The notes under the pieces are model-generated. The model was not told the DNA's origin, searched no databases, and was given only the letters and a program-made list of their open reading frames with translations. From positions 1 to 29,150 of the forward strand of contig JBFJCP010000042.1 of the NCBI GenBank assembly GCA_041615815.1: a stretch of DNA of 29,150 nucleotides, read 5' to 3'. Source of the stretch: Gemmatimonadales bacterium (GTDB lineage Bacteria > Gemmatimonadota > Gemmatimonadetes > Gemmatimonadales > GWC2-71-9). Of the stretch, positions 15,501-25,314 are shown piece by piece; the stretch's first letter is position 1; each line of letters starts with the position of its first letter. The position numbers were made by a program, and so were the translations under genes.

Positions 15501-16702
15501 GCCTCCGCGGAGGAGATGTCGTCCCAGCGTCGGGCCAGCATCTCGAGGTATTGCTCCCGGTTTGCACGCATCTCGGTGAGCGAGTCCCCACCAAATTTTT
15601 CCTGCATCGCCTGCGCGGCCACGAGTGCTGCCATTGCCTCGGCGATGACACCCATCGCGGGGACCGCGGTGACGTCGGAGCGTTCGGATTGCGCTTTGGC
15701 GGTATCACCAGACGAGATATCGACCGTCTCGAGGGGGCGCCGCAGCGTCGAAATGGGTTTCATCGCTACTCGGATGACAATGGGTTCCCCGGTGGACATG
15801 CCGCCTTCGAGCCCGCCGGCCCGGTTGGTACGTCTGGCGAACCCACCCGTGTTGGAACGCCCCGAACGCACGATCTCGTCGTGCACTTCCGATCCGCGTT
15901 TTCTGGCCGCTTCGAAACCGATCCCAATCTCGACTCCTTTGACGGCCGGAATGGACATCATTGCATGGGCCAGGCGTCCGTCGAGTTTCCGATCCCACGA
16001 CACATGTGAACCGAGCCCAATGGGTAGCCCGGTCACGACGACTTCAGCCACTCCCCCGAGCGTATCGCGATCTTTGACCGCGGCATCGATGGCCTCGACC
16101 ATCTTCTCGGACGCTTGCGCATCGAGACAGCGGACCGGTGACCGATCGGCAACCTCGTTGAGGGGCATCGGTACGCGTTCCAGTTCCGGCGCACGTATCG
16201 GGCCGAGCTCGATGACGTGACTGCCGACGTCGACGCCGAACTCCGCGAGAAGCTGGCGGCATGCGGCACCGCACGCCACTCGGGCGGCCGTTTCTCGAGC
16301 GCTGGCCCGTTCCAGGATGTCCCGGGCGTCGGCCCGGCCGTACTTCAGAACGCCCACCAGGTCGGCGTGCCCGGGTCGGGGCCGAGTCACGCGACGACGA
16401 CGCTTTGCTCCGGGATCCTCGTCCGGCTCCGGGGCCATGATATCCGTCCAGTTTTTCCAGTCGCGATTCCAGATGAGCATCGCGATTGGCGATCCGAGAG
16501 TCTCGCCTGCCCGAACCCCGCTGAGCAATTCGACTTGGTCTGCCTCGATCTTCATCCGCGCACCGCGTCCGTAGCCGGCCATCCGGCGCCGAAGTTGGTG
16601 ATTCACGTCGTCTGCGAGGAGCCGCAGTCCGGCGGGCATTCCCTCGAGAATCGCTACGAGGCCCTTCCCGTGCGATTCACCGGCGGTGGTGAAACGAATC
16701 AC
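15497..16702 (-). CDS. aroC: Chorismate synthase
   Basis: TAGESHG, RPGHAD, ERASARETA, IPAVKGVEIG, GGLEGGMS, MKPIST and ERSD. Confidence 0.98.
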   Translation of the reverse strand: MIRFTTAGESHGKGLVAILEGMPAGLRLLADDVNHQLRRRMAGYGRGARMKIEADQVELLSGVRAGETLGSPIAMLIWNRDWKNWTDIMAPEPDEDPGAKRRRRVTRPRPGHADLVGVLKYGRADARDILERASARETAARVACGAACRQLLAEFGVDVGSHVIELGPIRAPELERVPMPLNEVADRSPVRCLDAQASEKMVEAIDAAVKDRDTLGGVAEVVVTGLPIGLGSHVSWDRKLDGRLAHAMMSIPAVKGVEIGIGFEAARKRGSEVHDEIVRSGRSNTGGFARRTNRAGGLEGGMSTGEPIVIRVAMKPISTLRRPLETVDISSGDTAKAQSERSDVTAVPAMGVIAEAMAALVAAQAMQEKFGGDSLTEMRANREQYLEMLARRWDDISSAEA

Positions 16703-16793
16703 GCCGTTGCTCCCGTCTCAGCTATTGGCCACTCGTCGGTATTCGGTTCCACGTTACTCGCTCTCGAAAGTGGTCTGATGATGGCGGCGTCGT

Positions 16794-16829
16794 AAAACGA
16801 CGAGCCCGACCGCCAGCCGGTCGGGCTCG
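16794..16829 (-). terminator. Intrinsic terminator after the pil operon/lipoprotein gene
   Basis: 12-bp stem CGAGCCCGACCG/CGGTCGGGCTCG followed on the minus strand by TCGTTTT. Confidence 0.7.
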
Positions 16830-16859
16830 ACTCGAAACCCTCTCGCGGTCTGGCGATGC

Positions 16860-19349
16860 TCAGTTGAGCGGCGTGCCCCAATCCCGCGTCTGGAAGATAT
16901 TCGTGATGGGGGGCAGCGTAACGATGACGACGCCCGAAACGGTCACACCGACCAGGATTTGTTCGCCGGCCGCAGTCTTCGCCACCCGGAGCGGCCCGAT
17001 GATGGGATCCTTGATGGGGATCGTCGCCACTTTGCCATAGAAGAACGTATCGAAGACTTCGATGGTCGGTCCAGGCGCAGCGCTGAACATCAGCCGATCG
17101 TTGGGATCCAACGAACCGCCGAAGGTGGGCGTGCCGGCGTCTCGGGCGTCGAAGGCATGATCGAAATTCAAGTCCATACCCGGGTTGTTGCCGCCGATGG
17201 AGACGAGACCCTGGAGCCGGAGACCCTCGTCGAGGACGTAGATCGAATCTGACCGAATCAGGTTCGTGAGCCCGTTGAAGTTGATACCGACGGATTTCAC
17301 GGCGATCGCCGTGTTGACGACGAAGTCGCGGACGCGGATCGCGCGTGACACACCCAGGTCCACGATCTCGGGACCGGAGAACGTGGTCCCCTGAATCGTG
17401 GCGCTACAGTTTTGCGTCGCGGTTCCGGGAACGGCGCTGTACCCGATGGCTCGCGCGAACCCGAGGGACGGATCGACGGCCGATCCGCCTTCGCCGATGA
17501 CTGCGTGCGTGAAGTTCCCCGAGTTTCGGACGAACGTGGTGTCGATGAACCCGAGCTCAGTCATCTCAACCGTGCGGCCACACGCGGCGGACAGAATAGT
17601 TTGGATCGTCGTGCCGGGGCCGCGATCCACCAGCACCTGCAGCGTGTCGGTGTCCGGAGACGGCGCTTTTTCCGCCTGTTCCCAGAAGAAGTGGGATTCG
17701 GGCGTTCCGGCCGTGAGGTTCTCCCAGCGGATCGAGCCTCGGAATTGGAATATGTCCGGCTGCGCCTCGGTTGGCACGGTGGAATAGACTGCGTAGATGC
17801 TGTCCGCCGCACACGAGGTGCTCCCTGTGGTGGGCCGGCACGTGGCGCCCACGTACTGCGGGCGATCCGAGAAATCGAACTCGAGGATCTTGAGCTTGAT
17901 CAGACCCGTAGCCGGATCGATCTCCGTCTGGACGCTCTGGATCAGGAAGTTGGGGAGAGCGTGGCGGCGGAGCTCCCGCTGCAGGAACCCATTCACGACC
18001 GAGAAGTTCGTCCCGCCGGAATTGGCGACGATGAGGAGCGTGTTGGTGGTGCCAAGCGTGTCCACGGGCCAACGGGCGATCCCCCAGGGTTGCGAGCCCA
18101 CAGGGATGCCAGCTGCGGAGAAGGTGCTGTCCGAGAGTCGGAAGATCTCGAGTCGGTCCAGATCGATATTCGTCATGAAGATCTGGTTCAGGACATCGTT
18201 GTAGATCGCGTCCGCGATCCGTCCCCCCGCTGGGAGCGCTCTGGTGATCCCGTTGACGACCAGGACCGTGTCCAAGGCTTGGGCCGCGCTTGCGCTTGCT
18301 CCAGCAGCCCCGGCTGGCGGGCTCGACTGCGACGTCCCGCGGTTCCCCGCTCCGTCCACCGCGAAGCCGGTGATGACCACCGATTGTGGGAGCGTGCCGA
18401 AGCTGAAGCTCAGTGGATAGGTCACGGTCACATCCGTGAAGTTGCCACTGAAGTTGGTGGAGTCACCGGCAATCGGGGCACCACCACCCACGAGCGTGGC
18501 TGTCCAGCCGATCCGCGTGATCCCGCTGGCATCGGTCGCGTTGACCTTGATGGAATCATCCACTTCCACGCGGTCATCGACCGTCACCTTGACCGTGGGA
18601 GCCGTATTATCGTTGGCGGCGGATTGAATCTGGATCGTGACGGGCGTGCTGGACGCGCGACGGCCGTCACCGTCTTCGGCAAAACCGGTGATCGTGAAGT
18701 TGCCCGACGTCGCCGAACCCGGCACCGTCAGGGTATCGACGAAGACGATGCTATCCGGAAGCGGCGGCACCGCCGTCGCCGTCGAGTCTCCACCGGCGAA
18801 GGCCCCGCTCACCAGGTAGCCCACCTTTGCGACGCCCTCGGACTGGCTTCCCACAACCCGCACCTCCAGCTGCTTACCCGCTGAGGTCACGGCACCGTCT
18901 GTGGGACTGGTCAGTCTTACGATCAGGGCCGCCTCGTTGACCAGGAACACGGAATCCACCGCGGTTGCGGCGTTGTCGTTCCCATCCACCGCGGTGGCGG
19001 TGATCACGATGGTTCCGCCTGCGGTGGTGTTGGGAGGAAGCACCACTTGATAGCCGACGGCAACGGATGTTACCGCGGTATTGAAGATCGAGTCGATCTG
19101 GAGCGTGAGGCCGCCGCTCAACGCGGTCGAGATCTGTTTGAGGCCGAGGTTGTCCGCCGCATTGACGTTGAAGACGACGCCCTGCTCGAGCGTCAGCGTG
19201 TCACCGGCTGGCTTTTCGATGAAGACGACGGGGAGGATGTTGTCCCCGGCCACGGCACCACCCAACCGTTGCTCGTTGCATCCCGTCATCAAGACCAGCG
19301 CGGTGCACCCTAGCACCGCACCACTGCGGCGTATCACGCGTCGAAGCAT
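16860..19349 (-). CDS. Large lipoprotein (829 aa) with three Ig-like repeats and a beta-propeller-like (YVTN/YncE-like) C-terminal region
   Basis: Lipobox LMTG-C; ~100-aa beta-rich repeats ending ITATAVDG / ITGFAEDG / ITGFAVDG; Ala/Ser linker; VGSQPWGI and VANSGGTNFSVV. Starts 23 nt after the pilQ stop. Confidence 0.8.
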   Translation of the reverse strand: MLRRVIRRSGAVLGCTALVLMTGCNEQRLGGAVAGDNILPVVFIEKPAGDTLTLEQGVVFNVNAADNLGLKQISTALSGGLTLQIDSIFNTAVTSVAVGYQVVLPPNTTAGGTIVITATAVDGNDNAATAVDSVFLVNEAALIVRLTSPTDGAVTSAGKQLEVRVVGSQSEGVAKVGYLVSGAFAGGDSTATAVPPLPDSIVFVDTLTVPGSATSGNFTITGFAEDGDGRRASSTPVTIQIQSAANDNTAPTVKVTVDDRVEVDDSIKVNATDASGITRIGWTATLVGGGAPIAGDSTNFSGNFTDVTVTYPLSFSFGTLPQSVVITGFAVDGAGNRGTSQSSPPAGAAGASASAAQALDTVLVVNGITRALPAGGRIADAIYNDVLNQIFMTNIDLDRLEIFRLSDSTFSAAGIPVGSQPWGIARWPVDTLGTTNTLLIVANSGGTNFSVVNGFLQRELRRHALPNFLIQSVQTEIDPATGLIKLKILEFDFSDRPQYVGATCRPTTGSTSCAADSIYAVYSTVPTEAQPDIFQFRGSIRWENLTAGTPESHFFWEQAEKAPSPDTDTLQVLVDRGPGTTIQTILSAACGRTVEMTELGFIDTTFVRNSGNFTHAVIGEGGSAVDPSLGFARAIGYSAVPGTATQNCSATIQGTTFSGPEIVDLGVSRAIRVRDFVVNTAIAVKSVGINFNGLTNLIRSDSIYVLDEGLRLQGLVSIGGNNPGMDLNFDHAFDARDAGTPTFGGSLDPNDRLMFSAAPGPTIEVFDTFFYGKVATIPIKDPIIGPLRVAKTAAGEQILVGVTVSGVVIVTLPPITNIFQTRDWGTPLN

Positions 19350-19372
19350 ATGTTTTTCGATCCGTCTCGGTG

Positions 19373-21184
19373 TTAGTTCTGCGCCGACCCCACGACCGGG
19401 TTGTCGATAATGTGCGGTGTCACGAGGACCAACAGGTCCCGCCGCTCCTCTCGCCGAGTCGAGAACCCAAACAGGCCCCCGATAATCGGCAGGTCTACAA
19501 GGAACGGGATCCCGCTCTTGGCTACCGTGACTTGTGTCACAGTCAGCCCCCCAATGACCGCGGTTTCCCCATCGTTCACCAGTACTTGATTCTCGGCTTC
19601 CTGGGTTTGGAACGTGAATCCGAGATCGGCGGGTGCCGCGGCAATGGAAGAGTTCTCCGCTCGGAGCTTGAGCAGAACTTGCCGGTTGTTGGTCACGTGG
19701 GGTGTGACCTCCAACCGGATACCGGTGGGAACGATTTCCGTGGTGGCCCGGGGTACATTTTGGCCGCCGGCCTGTGGTGAGCTGACGTCGATCACCCGGA
19801 TGGGCGTCCGCTCACCGTCCAGGATGAACGCGCGTGTGTTATCGGCGGTCGTGATGAGCGGCTGCGCTTCCAAGTCGGCAAGCTCAACGCGTTGCAGCGC
19901 CTCGACGAAGGTCGTCAGATTGAAATTCCCAATGGCCGTCGAATAGATGAGTTGTAACGCGGGCTGCAAGATCTGGGCTTCGGCGTTGGCGATGGCTGCC
20001 AGCGCGTTTCCGCCCAAGTCGACGATGTTGGTGTTCTCGTCGAAGAATTCCGTCGCCACCAAGGCGTCGGGCACGCCGTCGCCGTTGGTATCGATCGGTT
20101 CGGCACTCGCCGGGTCGGGACGCTGAACCAATTGGTTGAAAAACTGATCGGGACTTCCGAGGTCGTAGCGCACGCCGAGCTCCTCGATATCCGTCCGGTC
20201 CACAAGGATCAGCTTGGCCTGGATGGACACCTGAGGTGTCGGAATATCGAGCTGGGCGACGAACAAGGAATCCGAGACGAGCCGACTCTCGACGTCGGTG
20301 ATGATGATGCTGTTTGTACTCGTGTCAGCCTTGACGCGTCCTCTCGTGGATACGACGAACTCCAGCGATGACGCCAACGCAGCCGCGTTCTGGTAGTTCA
20401 CGGGGACGATCTTGGTGCGGAGCGGCTCCAGCGAGTCGCGCGCTGCGAGAACTTCTCGCGAATCGATAGTGATGATCCCGTTCTCCTCCACCGCCGAGAG
20501 ACCCTGTGACTCGAGAATCGCGCGGAACGCGATGTCCCAGGGTTGGTTCTTCACTTCCGCGGTCACGTGGCCCCGCACGTCCTTCCCGATCAGAATGGTT
20601 TTTCCACTGATCTCGGCAAAACTCGCCATCACATCGGCAATCGCCGCCGAATCGAAGGACGCGGTGACAGTGGGCTGCTGAAACTGACCTTGGAGCGGCG
20701 TCGTCGACGCACGCGATGCCCGCGCAGCAACGGGCTCGGGCTCGGCGGCCGCTGCCGGCGGGAGATCGGCTGGTGCCGTTGAGGACCAAGCCGTGAAGTT
20801 CCGGTCCGCCCCGAACGTGATACGGATAGCGTCGTCCGCATACTCGAGCTCGTAATCCCGCAATGCCTCGAGCTCGAGCACGATGCGAACGACATCCGGC
20901 CGAAACTGCGAGTAGCGGATGTTCTGAATGCCGCCGCGGTTCTCGCCGTCATAGCCCGCATGGGGAACGCGGAGCTTTGCACCGAGAACGTCTATGACGA
21001 GTCGCGCGGGATTGCGGAGCGTGAAATCCTGAACGCTCACGACGCCACGGACGTCGATGATCACTTGCGCCCGGCCGGGGGCCGGCAACACACTGACCGC
21101 AGTCACTTCGCCCGGCGCGTCCGCGAGAGCTCGGGGCGCCACGAGCACCAGTGCCGCGATTACGAGTGTGACTGACCGCTTCAT
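19373..21184 (-). CDS. pilQ: Type IV pilus secretin PilQ (AMIN, N0/STN, N3 and secretin domains)
   Basis: Signal peptide, NPARLVID...VVRIVLEL (AMIN), QVSIQAKLI, LEVTPHV, GETAVIGGL, GIPFLVDLPIIGGLF and LVLVTPHI. Confidence 0.95.
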   Translation of the reverse strand: MKRSVTLVIAALVLVAPRALADAPGEVTAVSVLPAPGRAQVIIDVRGVVSVQDFTLRNPARLVIDVLGAKLRVPHAGYDGENRGGIQNIRYSQFRPDVVRIVLELEALRDYELEYADDAIRITFGADRNFTAWSSTAPADLPPAAAAEPEPVAARASRASTTPLQGQFQQPTVTASFDSAAIADVMASFAEISGKTILIGKDVRGHVTAEVKNQPWDIAFRAILESQGLSAVEENGIITIDSREVLAARDSLEPLRTKIVPVNYQNAAALASSLEFVVSTRGRVKADTSTNSIIITDVESRLVSDSLFVAQLDIPTPQVSIQAKLILVDRTDIEELGVRYDLGSPDQFFNQLVQRPDPASAEPIDTNGDGVPDALVATEFFDENTNIVDLGGNALAAIANAEAQILQPALQLIYSTAIGNFNLTTFVEALQRVELADLEAQPLITTADNTRAFILDGERTPIRVIDVSSPQAGGQNVPRATTEIVPTGIRLEVTPHVTNNRQVLLKLRAENSSIAAAPADLGFTFQTQEAENQVLVNDGETAVIGGLTVTQVTVAKSGIPFLVDLPIIGGLFGFSTRREERRDLLVLVTPHIIDNPVVGSAQN

Positions 21185-21711
21185 GGTTGACCCTCCCGCC
21201 TGCGCCGCTGTTGGAGCACCACCTGGCGTTCCACACCGAATTCTTCGACGACCATGACGATCTCCCTGGGACGAATCTCGACGATGCGCATGCGACCCAA
21301 CGCGTCACCGACGCGCACCGTGTAACGCTGGTTGACCGTTGTGTCGCGGAGGACGGCGACGCTGTTGCTGGGAAAACGTGCGTTGTACGTGATCGTCGTT
21401 ACCCGAAGATCCTCGAGCAACGGCCGAACTTCACCCGACCGGAGAAGGGAGAGAAACGGATCTCGTCCAGATCCCCGATACGAGAAAACCTCCCGCACCA
21501 ACTGTGTGCCCCGTGCGGGAACCGTGTCCTGAGCCGGTGGGGATTCCACGGCCACCGTGTCCGGCCCACCGGTCTCGACGCCGGCCACTGGTTGGGCGAC
21601 ATCCGCCGCTTGCCCCGCCGGCGTGCCCGCGGGGGGCTGCTCGTCTCCCCCACCACACCCCATGGCGACCGCGGCGAGCAGAGCCACCGAACCCCACTTA
21701 CTGGAGGCCAA
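21181..21711 (-). CDS. pilP: PilP-like lipoprotein
   Basis: Lipobox AMG-C, disordered linker, RDPF motif and beta domain (VRVGD); sits between pilO and pilQ. Confidence 0.8.
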   Translation of the reverse strand: MASSKWGSVALLAAVAMGCGGGDEQPPAGTPAGQAADVAQPVAGVETGGPDTVAVESPPAQDTVPARGTQLVREVFSYRGSGRDPFLSLLRSGEVRPLLEDLRVTTITYNARFPSNSVAVLRDTTVNQRYTVRVGDALGRMRIVEIRPREIVMVVEEFGVERQVVLQQRRRREGQP

Positions 21712-22303
21712 GGGTGTCCCCCGCCGTTTGCGGCTTCACAAAGGTTCGTAATTGGAACACCGCCTCGAGCAGCGCCCCGGACGTATCCGCGTACGCCTGC
21801 TGGGCCGTGACGTTGGCCTGCGAGATCTGGAGATTGTAGGGCACGATGATCCGCGGTAGCGATGCAATATCCGCCAGGAACTCCCCGATCTGGTCGAAGT
21901 GCCCGAACACGCTGAATCGATAACGTTGAACCTCGAACGGCATCGTCGGCTCGGGGTTCTGTGGCTGGATTTGGCCAATCTCGACCCCTCGGAGTCGAGC
22001 TCGCGAGGCGACGTCATCGATCAGCGACGGGACCTCGGCGCCGGAGGGAACGAGCCGTCGCATCAGGGAGAGCCCGCCTTCGTAGTCGGCAACCCGGCGC
22101 CGCAAGTCCTCTACGGTGCCTCGTGCCAAATCCTGTCGAGCGGAATCGACCATGGCTTGGAGCGAATCCACTCGCTGTCGCAGTGCTTGCTCCTCGGCCA
22201 ACTTCGGTTGTCGCCAATAGAACCAAAACGCCGCCGCCCCACCGAGTGCCAAGATGATGGCGAGGATCATGACCTGCTGGCGTTCCCGTTGCGAGAGTGC
22301 CAT
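21698..22303 (-). CDS. pilO: Type IV pilus assembly protein PilO
   Basis: N-terminal TM, coiled coil, LVPSGAEVPSLI and GHFDQIGEFLADIASLPRI. Confidence 0.92.
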   Translation of the reverse strand: MALSQRERQQVMILAIILALGGAAAFWFYWRQPKLAEEQALRQRVDSLQAMVDSARQDLARGTVEDLRRRVADYEGGLSLMRRLVPSGAEVPSLIDDVASRARLRGVEIGQIQPQNPEPTMPFEVQRYRFSVFGHFDQIGEFLADIASLPRIIVPYNLQISQANVTAQQAYADTSGALLEAVFQLRTFVKPQTAGDTLGLQ

Positions 22304-22312
22304 CGCTCGCTC

Positions 22313-22978
22313 CTACCGCACCGATTCGCCGACAGGCACGGTGCGGATATACACCGAATCGGCTTTGCGGAAGTCCGCGGTGATGGTGAAAGCCGTGATC
22401 GGCTTCGCCTCCTCGACGACCGTCTGGGTGGCTCCCGGAACCACGTTGGTGATCCACGGAGAATCCCCCAACTGGCGCAGGAATCTCGTATAGGCACCGA
22501 TGTCTGCCGTCCGGCCCGTGATGGCAAATCGCACGGGCGGCGTGACCACCGTGTCCGCGGTCACGGGCGGTGTCACGAACTCGATCCCCACGAGCCAGGT
22601 AAAGTCGGGAAGAGACTTCGTGACCTCTTCCATGACATGGGGCCACACGTAGCGATCGGCGTCGATCTCACGGATGGACTGGAGCTCCGCGAGCAGAGAA
22701 TCCCGTAATCGCTCGGCACGGCGTTTCTGCGCCATGAGCGCACGGAACCGACGCGCTTCTCCCTCCGCCGATTCCAACTCGTTGTTCAGACCCACGAGCT
22801 TGGCCTGCTGTGTGATGAAGACGAACCCGATCGCCAAGAGGACGAGCACCCAAGCGCCCACAGCGCCCACCAGCAGCGGATCGCGGACCGACTTGAAGAC
22901 ATCGCCGAACTCCGGGAGCTTGAGCCCCGCTCCGGCTTTTTTCTTCCGTTGGCTCGGAAGGAGATTGATCTCGATCAT
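22313..22978 (-). CDS. pilN: Type IV pilus assembly protein PilN
   Basis: MIEINLLP PilM-binding motif, TM, coiled coil and LPDFTWL. Confidence 0.95.
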   Translation of the reverse strand: MIEINLLPSQRKKKAGAGLKLPEFGDVFKSVRDPLLVGAVGAWVLVLLAIGFVFITQQAKLVGLNNELESAEGEARRFRALMAQKRRAERLRDSLLAELQSIREIDADRYVWPHVMEEVTKSLPDFTWLVGIEFVTPPVTADTVVTPPVRFAITGRTADIGAYTRFLRQLGDSPWITNVVPGATQTVVEEAKPITAFTITADFRKADSVYIRTVPVGESVR

Positions 22979-22997
22979 GATAAGGGCGCGTTCCGCA

Positions 22998-24044
22998 CTA
23001 CGAGCGACGGAGTGCGAGTCCGGTGGCCAACATCAGCAACGGCGCCACCTCGTCGACGTTGATGGTATCGAAGACCCCTTCGGCCACGGCCAGCCGCTGA
23101 ATGGGGCTGGCAACCTCAACCGGGACCTGGAGACGCTGACCCAACACATCAGTCAGACCGGGCACACGTGCGCCGCCACCGGAACAGTAGACGCGCTCGA
23201 TCGAGCCAGCGTCCCGGCTAGCGCTCTGGAGAAACGCGCCGGCCCGTTCTAGCCCCACCGCGATCTCCTCCCCACGCGACTGGATGTACGGATCCAGTTC
23301 CGGTGTGCGTTCGAACCCCTGGAGCATGCCGTCAGCGTCTTCCGCCGACAATCCCCGCTCCCGTTGGAGGTCCTCGCGGAACTTCCGTGTGCCGACGCTG
23401 AGATCCCGGGTCAGCAGGGGCACGCTGTCCTGGAGGATGTTCACGTTCGTCAGTTCGTGACCGATGTTGAGCAGCGCCACGACGCCCCGCATGGCCTCCG
23501 GGTAGTTCACCTCGAACGCGTTGTGCAACGCGAAGGCGTCCACATCCACGATTTCCGCCTCGAGCCCCGCCTGAGACAACAGCTGCACCTTGTCCTCGAC
23601 CAGCTCGCGCTTGGCGGCCACGAGAAGGACTTCCATTTGGAGGCCCTCGCTCTCCGGATCCAAGATCTGGAAGTCCAGTTCGACCGCCTCGATATCGAAC
23701 GGCACGTGCTGCTGGGCCTCCCAGCGCACGACCTCGTATGCGTCACTCTCTTTCATGCGGTCGACCTGGATCTTCTTGATGATCACGTCGCGACCGCCTA
23801 CTGCCACCACCACACGTTTGCGCTTGATCCCCGCCGTCTTGAACAAACCCTGAATCGTATCGGAGACGATGCCGGGATCCATGATCTCACCTTCGACGAT
23901 CGCGTCGGCGAGCACCGGCGTCACCGCGACGCGGCTCAGCACCGGTTCAGTCTTTCCATGCTCGACGGCGACGAGTTTGATGAGACCACTTCCGACGTCG
24001 AGGGCGACGCTCTGTTTTGACCCACCGAACCCAAAAAGCGCCAT
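22998..24044 (-). CDS. pilM: Type IV pilus assembly protein PilM
   Basis: ALDVGS, EAQQHVPF, LLVAAK, VDVDAFAL, LNIGH, SGGGA and ATGLALR (actin-like fold). Confidence 0.97.
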   Translation of the reverse strand: MALFGFGGSKQSVALDVGSGLIKLVAVEHGKTEPVLSRVAVTPVLADAIVEGEIMDPGIVSDTIQGLFKTAGIKRKRVVVAVGGRDVIIKKIQVDRMKESDAYEVVRWEAQQHVPFDIEAVELDFQILDPESEGLQMEVLLVAAKRELVEDKVQLLSQAGLEAEIVDVDAFALHNAFEVNYPEAMRGVVALLNIGHELTNVNILQDSVPLLTRDLSVGTRKFREDLQRERGLSAEDADGMLQGFERTPELDPYIQSRGEEIAVGLERAGAFLQSASRDAGSIERVYCSGGGARVPGLTDVLGQRLQVPVEVASPIQRLAVAEGVFDTINVDEVAPLLMLATGLALRRS

Positions 24045-24088
24045 ATCTCCCTACGGATTAACGAGATAAGAGGGGTGAACGGCAACCT

Positions 24089-24117
24089 ACAGTACCGCCC
24101 ACCCCATTTTTTGTCAA
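24089..24117 (-). promoter_or_regulatory. Sigma-70 promoter of pilM
   Basis: TTGACA-N17-TACTGT. Confidence 0.65.
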
Positions 24118-24161
24118 GCTCCCAACCTACTTGAAGTTAACCCCCCAACCCCAGCCAGCAT

Positions 24162-24177
24162 TGTGACTTAGGTCACT
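24162..24177. promoter_or_regulatory. CRP/FNR-family box TGTGA-CTTAGG-TCACT upstream of pilM
   Basis: 9/10 match to TGTGA-N6-TCACA; shares GTGAC-N4-GTCAC with the box at 2860. Confidence 0.6.
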
Positions 24178-25290
24178 TTAGTAGAGGTTGATCCAGCTCC
24201 GCTCCTGGACCAACGCGCCCTGCGCCGTCGCTGTGAGCGCCTTGATCACTGCACAACTCGAAAAGTTGACCACTGCATCACCCAGCACCGTGCTCTGATC
24301 CAGATCCACGTTGGCCGCGATCACGCCGCCGTTGAAGTGTCCGCCGGTACCCGTCGTTTTGAGAGTTCCCTTGACAATCACTGGGCCGTAGAACCTGAAT
24401 CCGCCCTGCACCGAAAGGTTGCCGTCCACGATCAGCACGCCCTGGCCCCGGACACCGTTGATGGTCAGGTTACTAGACGAGTAGACGATGGGATAGAAGT
24501 TGCCACATAAGCCCGTGGGATCGTCGGGATCCCCCCAGTTCTCGAGATCGCCGGTGTTGCAGGAACCGCCCAGATAGCTCGGCTCCACTTTGAGATTTCC
24601 GCCCGAGACCACCTTCGTCGCCATCGCGGCCAGGTCATCGAACGTCATGTCGCCGAAGGTCATCAGCTCGTCTGGATTGATCGTCGGATCCTCTTCCACG
24701 GGCGGGGCACCATCGACGCATGAGAATCCACCGCATCCGGACGTCGAGATCTTACTGATATCGTCCGTGAGGATCCCCGGTTCTGACGGTGCGGTGGACC
24801 CGCAACTCCATCCAGCGGGCGGCGTATCGTGTCCGTTGATCTGAGACGATCCGCCGATCTTGAGGAGCCCCTGCGTTTTCAGCGCTGCTTGGATGTCGAT
24901 CTCCAAGGGCCGGAGCCGAATCAGCAGACCCATGTGATGCCGCGTCTGACTGTCGGGACTGAACCCCTCGCTCCGGACGAGGAACATCAGGTCGTTGAGA
25001 CGGAACACACTGCCGCGGTACCAGCCTGCGCTCTTCGTGAGCTGACCACTGTAGCTGGCGCTGTCACCCACCGTCAGTGTGTTGTACGAGGTGGTGTTCC
25101 AGTTGGCTACCTCCAATTGTGCGCCCTCTTGTGCGGCGGCGAAGGCCTGTTGGTGTTTCAACGTGTTGAGCCCCACCCGCTGCTCCTGCATCCCTAGAAA
25201 GAACGCCCCTCCCACCAATCCACCGATCACCACCAGGGCAAAGACCGCCACCGCAAGGGCAACACCACGTTCGTTTCGAGCTTTCGACAT
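24178..25290 (-). CDS. pilX: PilX/PilK-like minor pilin with Gly-rich beta-solenoid-like C-terminus
   Basis: Class III signal ERG|VALAV lacking Glu5, QQAFAAAQEG, GVLIVDGNL...GPVIVKG; fourth gene of the minor pilin set. Confidence 0.8.
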   Translation of the reverse strand: MSKARNERGVALAVAVFALVVIGGLVGGAFFLGMQEQRVGLNTLKHQQAFAAAQEGAQLEVANWNTTSYNTLTVGDSASYSGQLTKSAGWYRGSVFRLNDLMFLVRSEGFSPDSQTRHHMGLLIRLRPLEIDIQAALKTQGLLKIGGSSQINGHDTPPAGWSCGSTAPSEPGILTDDISKISTSGCGGFSCVDGAPPVEEDPTINPDELMTFGDMTFDDLAAMATKVVSGGNLKVEPSYLGGSCNTGDLENWGDPDDPTGLCGNFYPIVYSSSNLTINGVRGQGVLIVDGNLSVQGGFRFYGPVIVKGTLKTTGTGGHFNGGVIAANVDLDQSTVLGDAVVNFSSCAVIKALTATAQGALVQERSWINLY

Positions 25291-25314
25291 GAGAATCCTC
25301 CTAAGCCACCGGCA

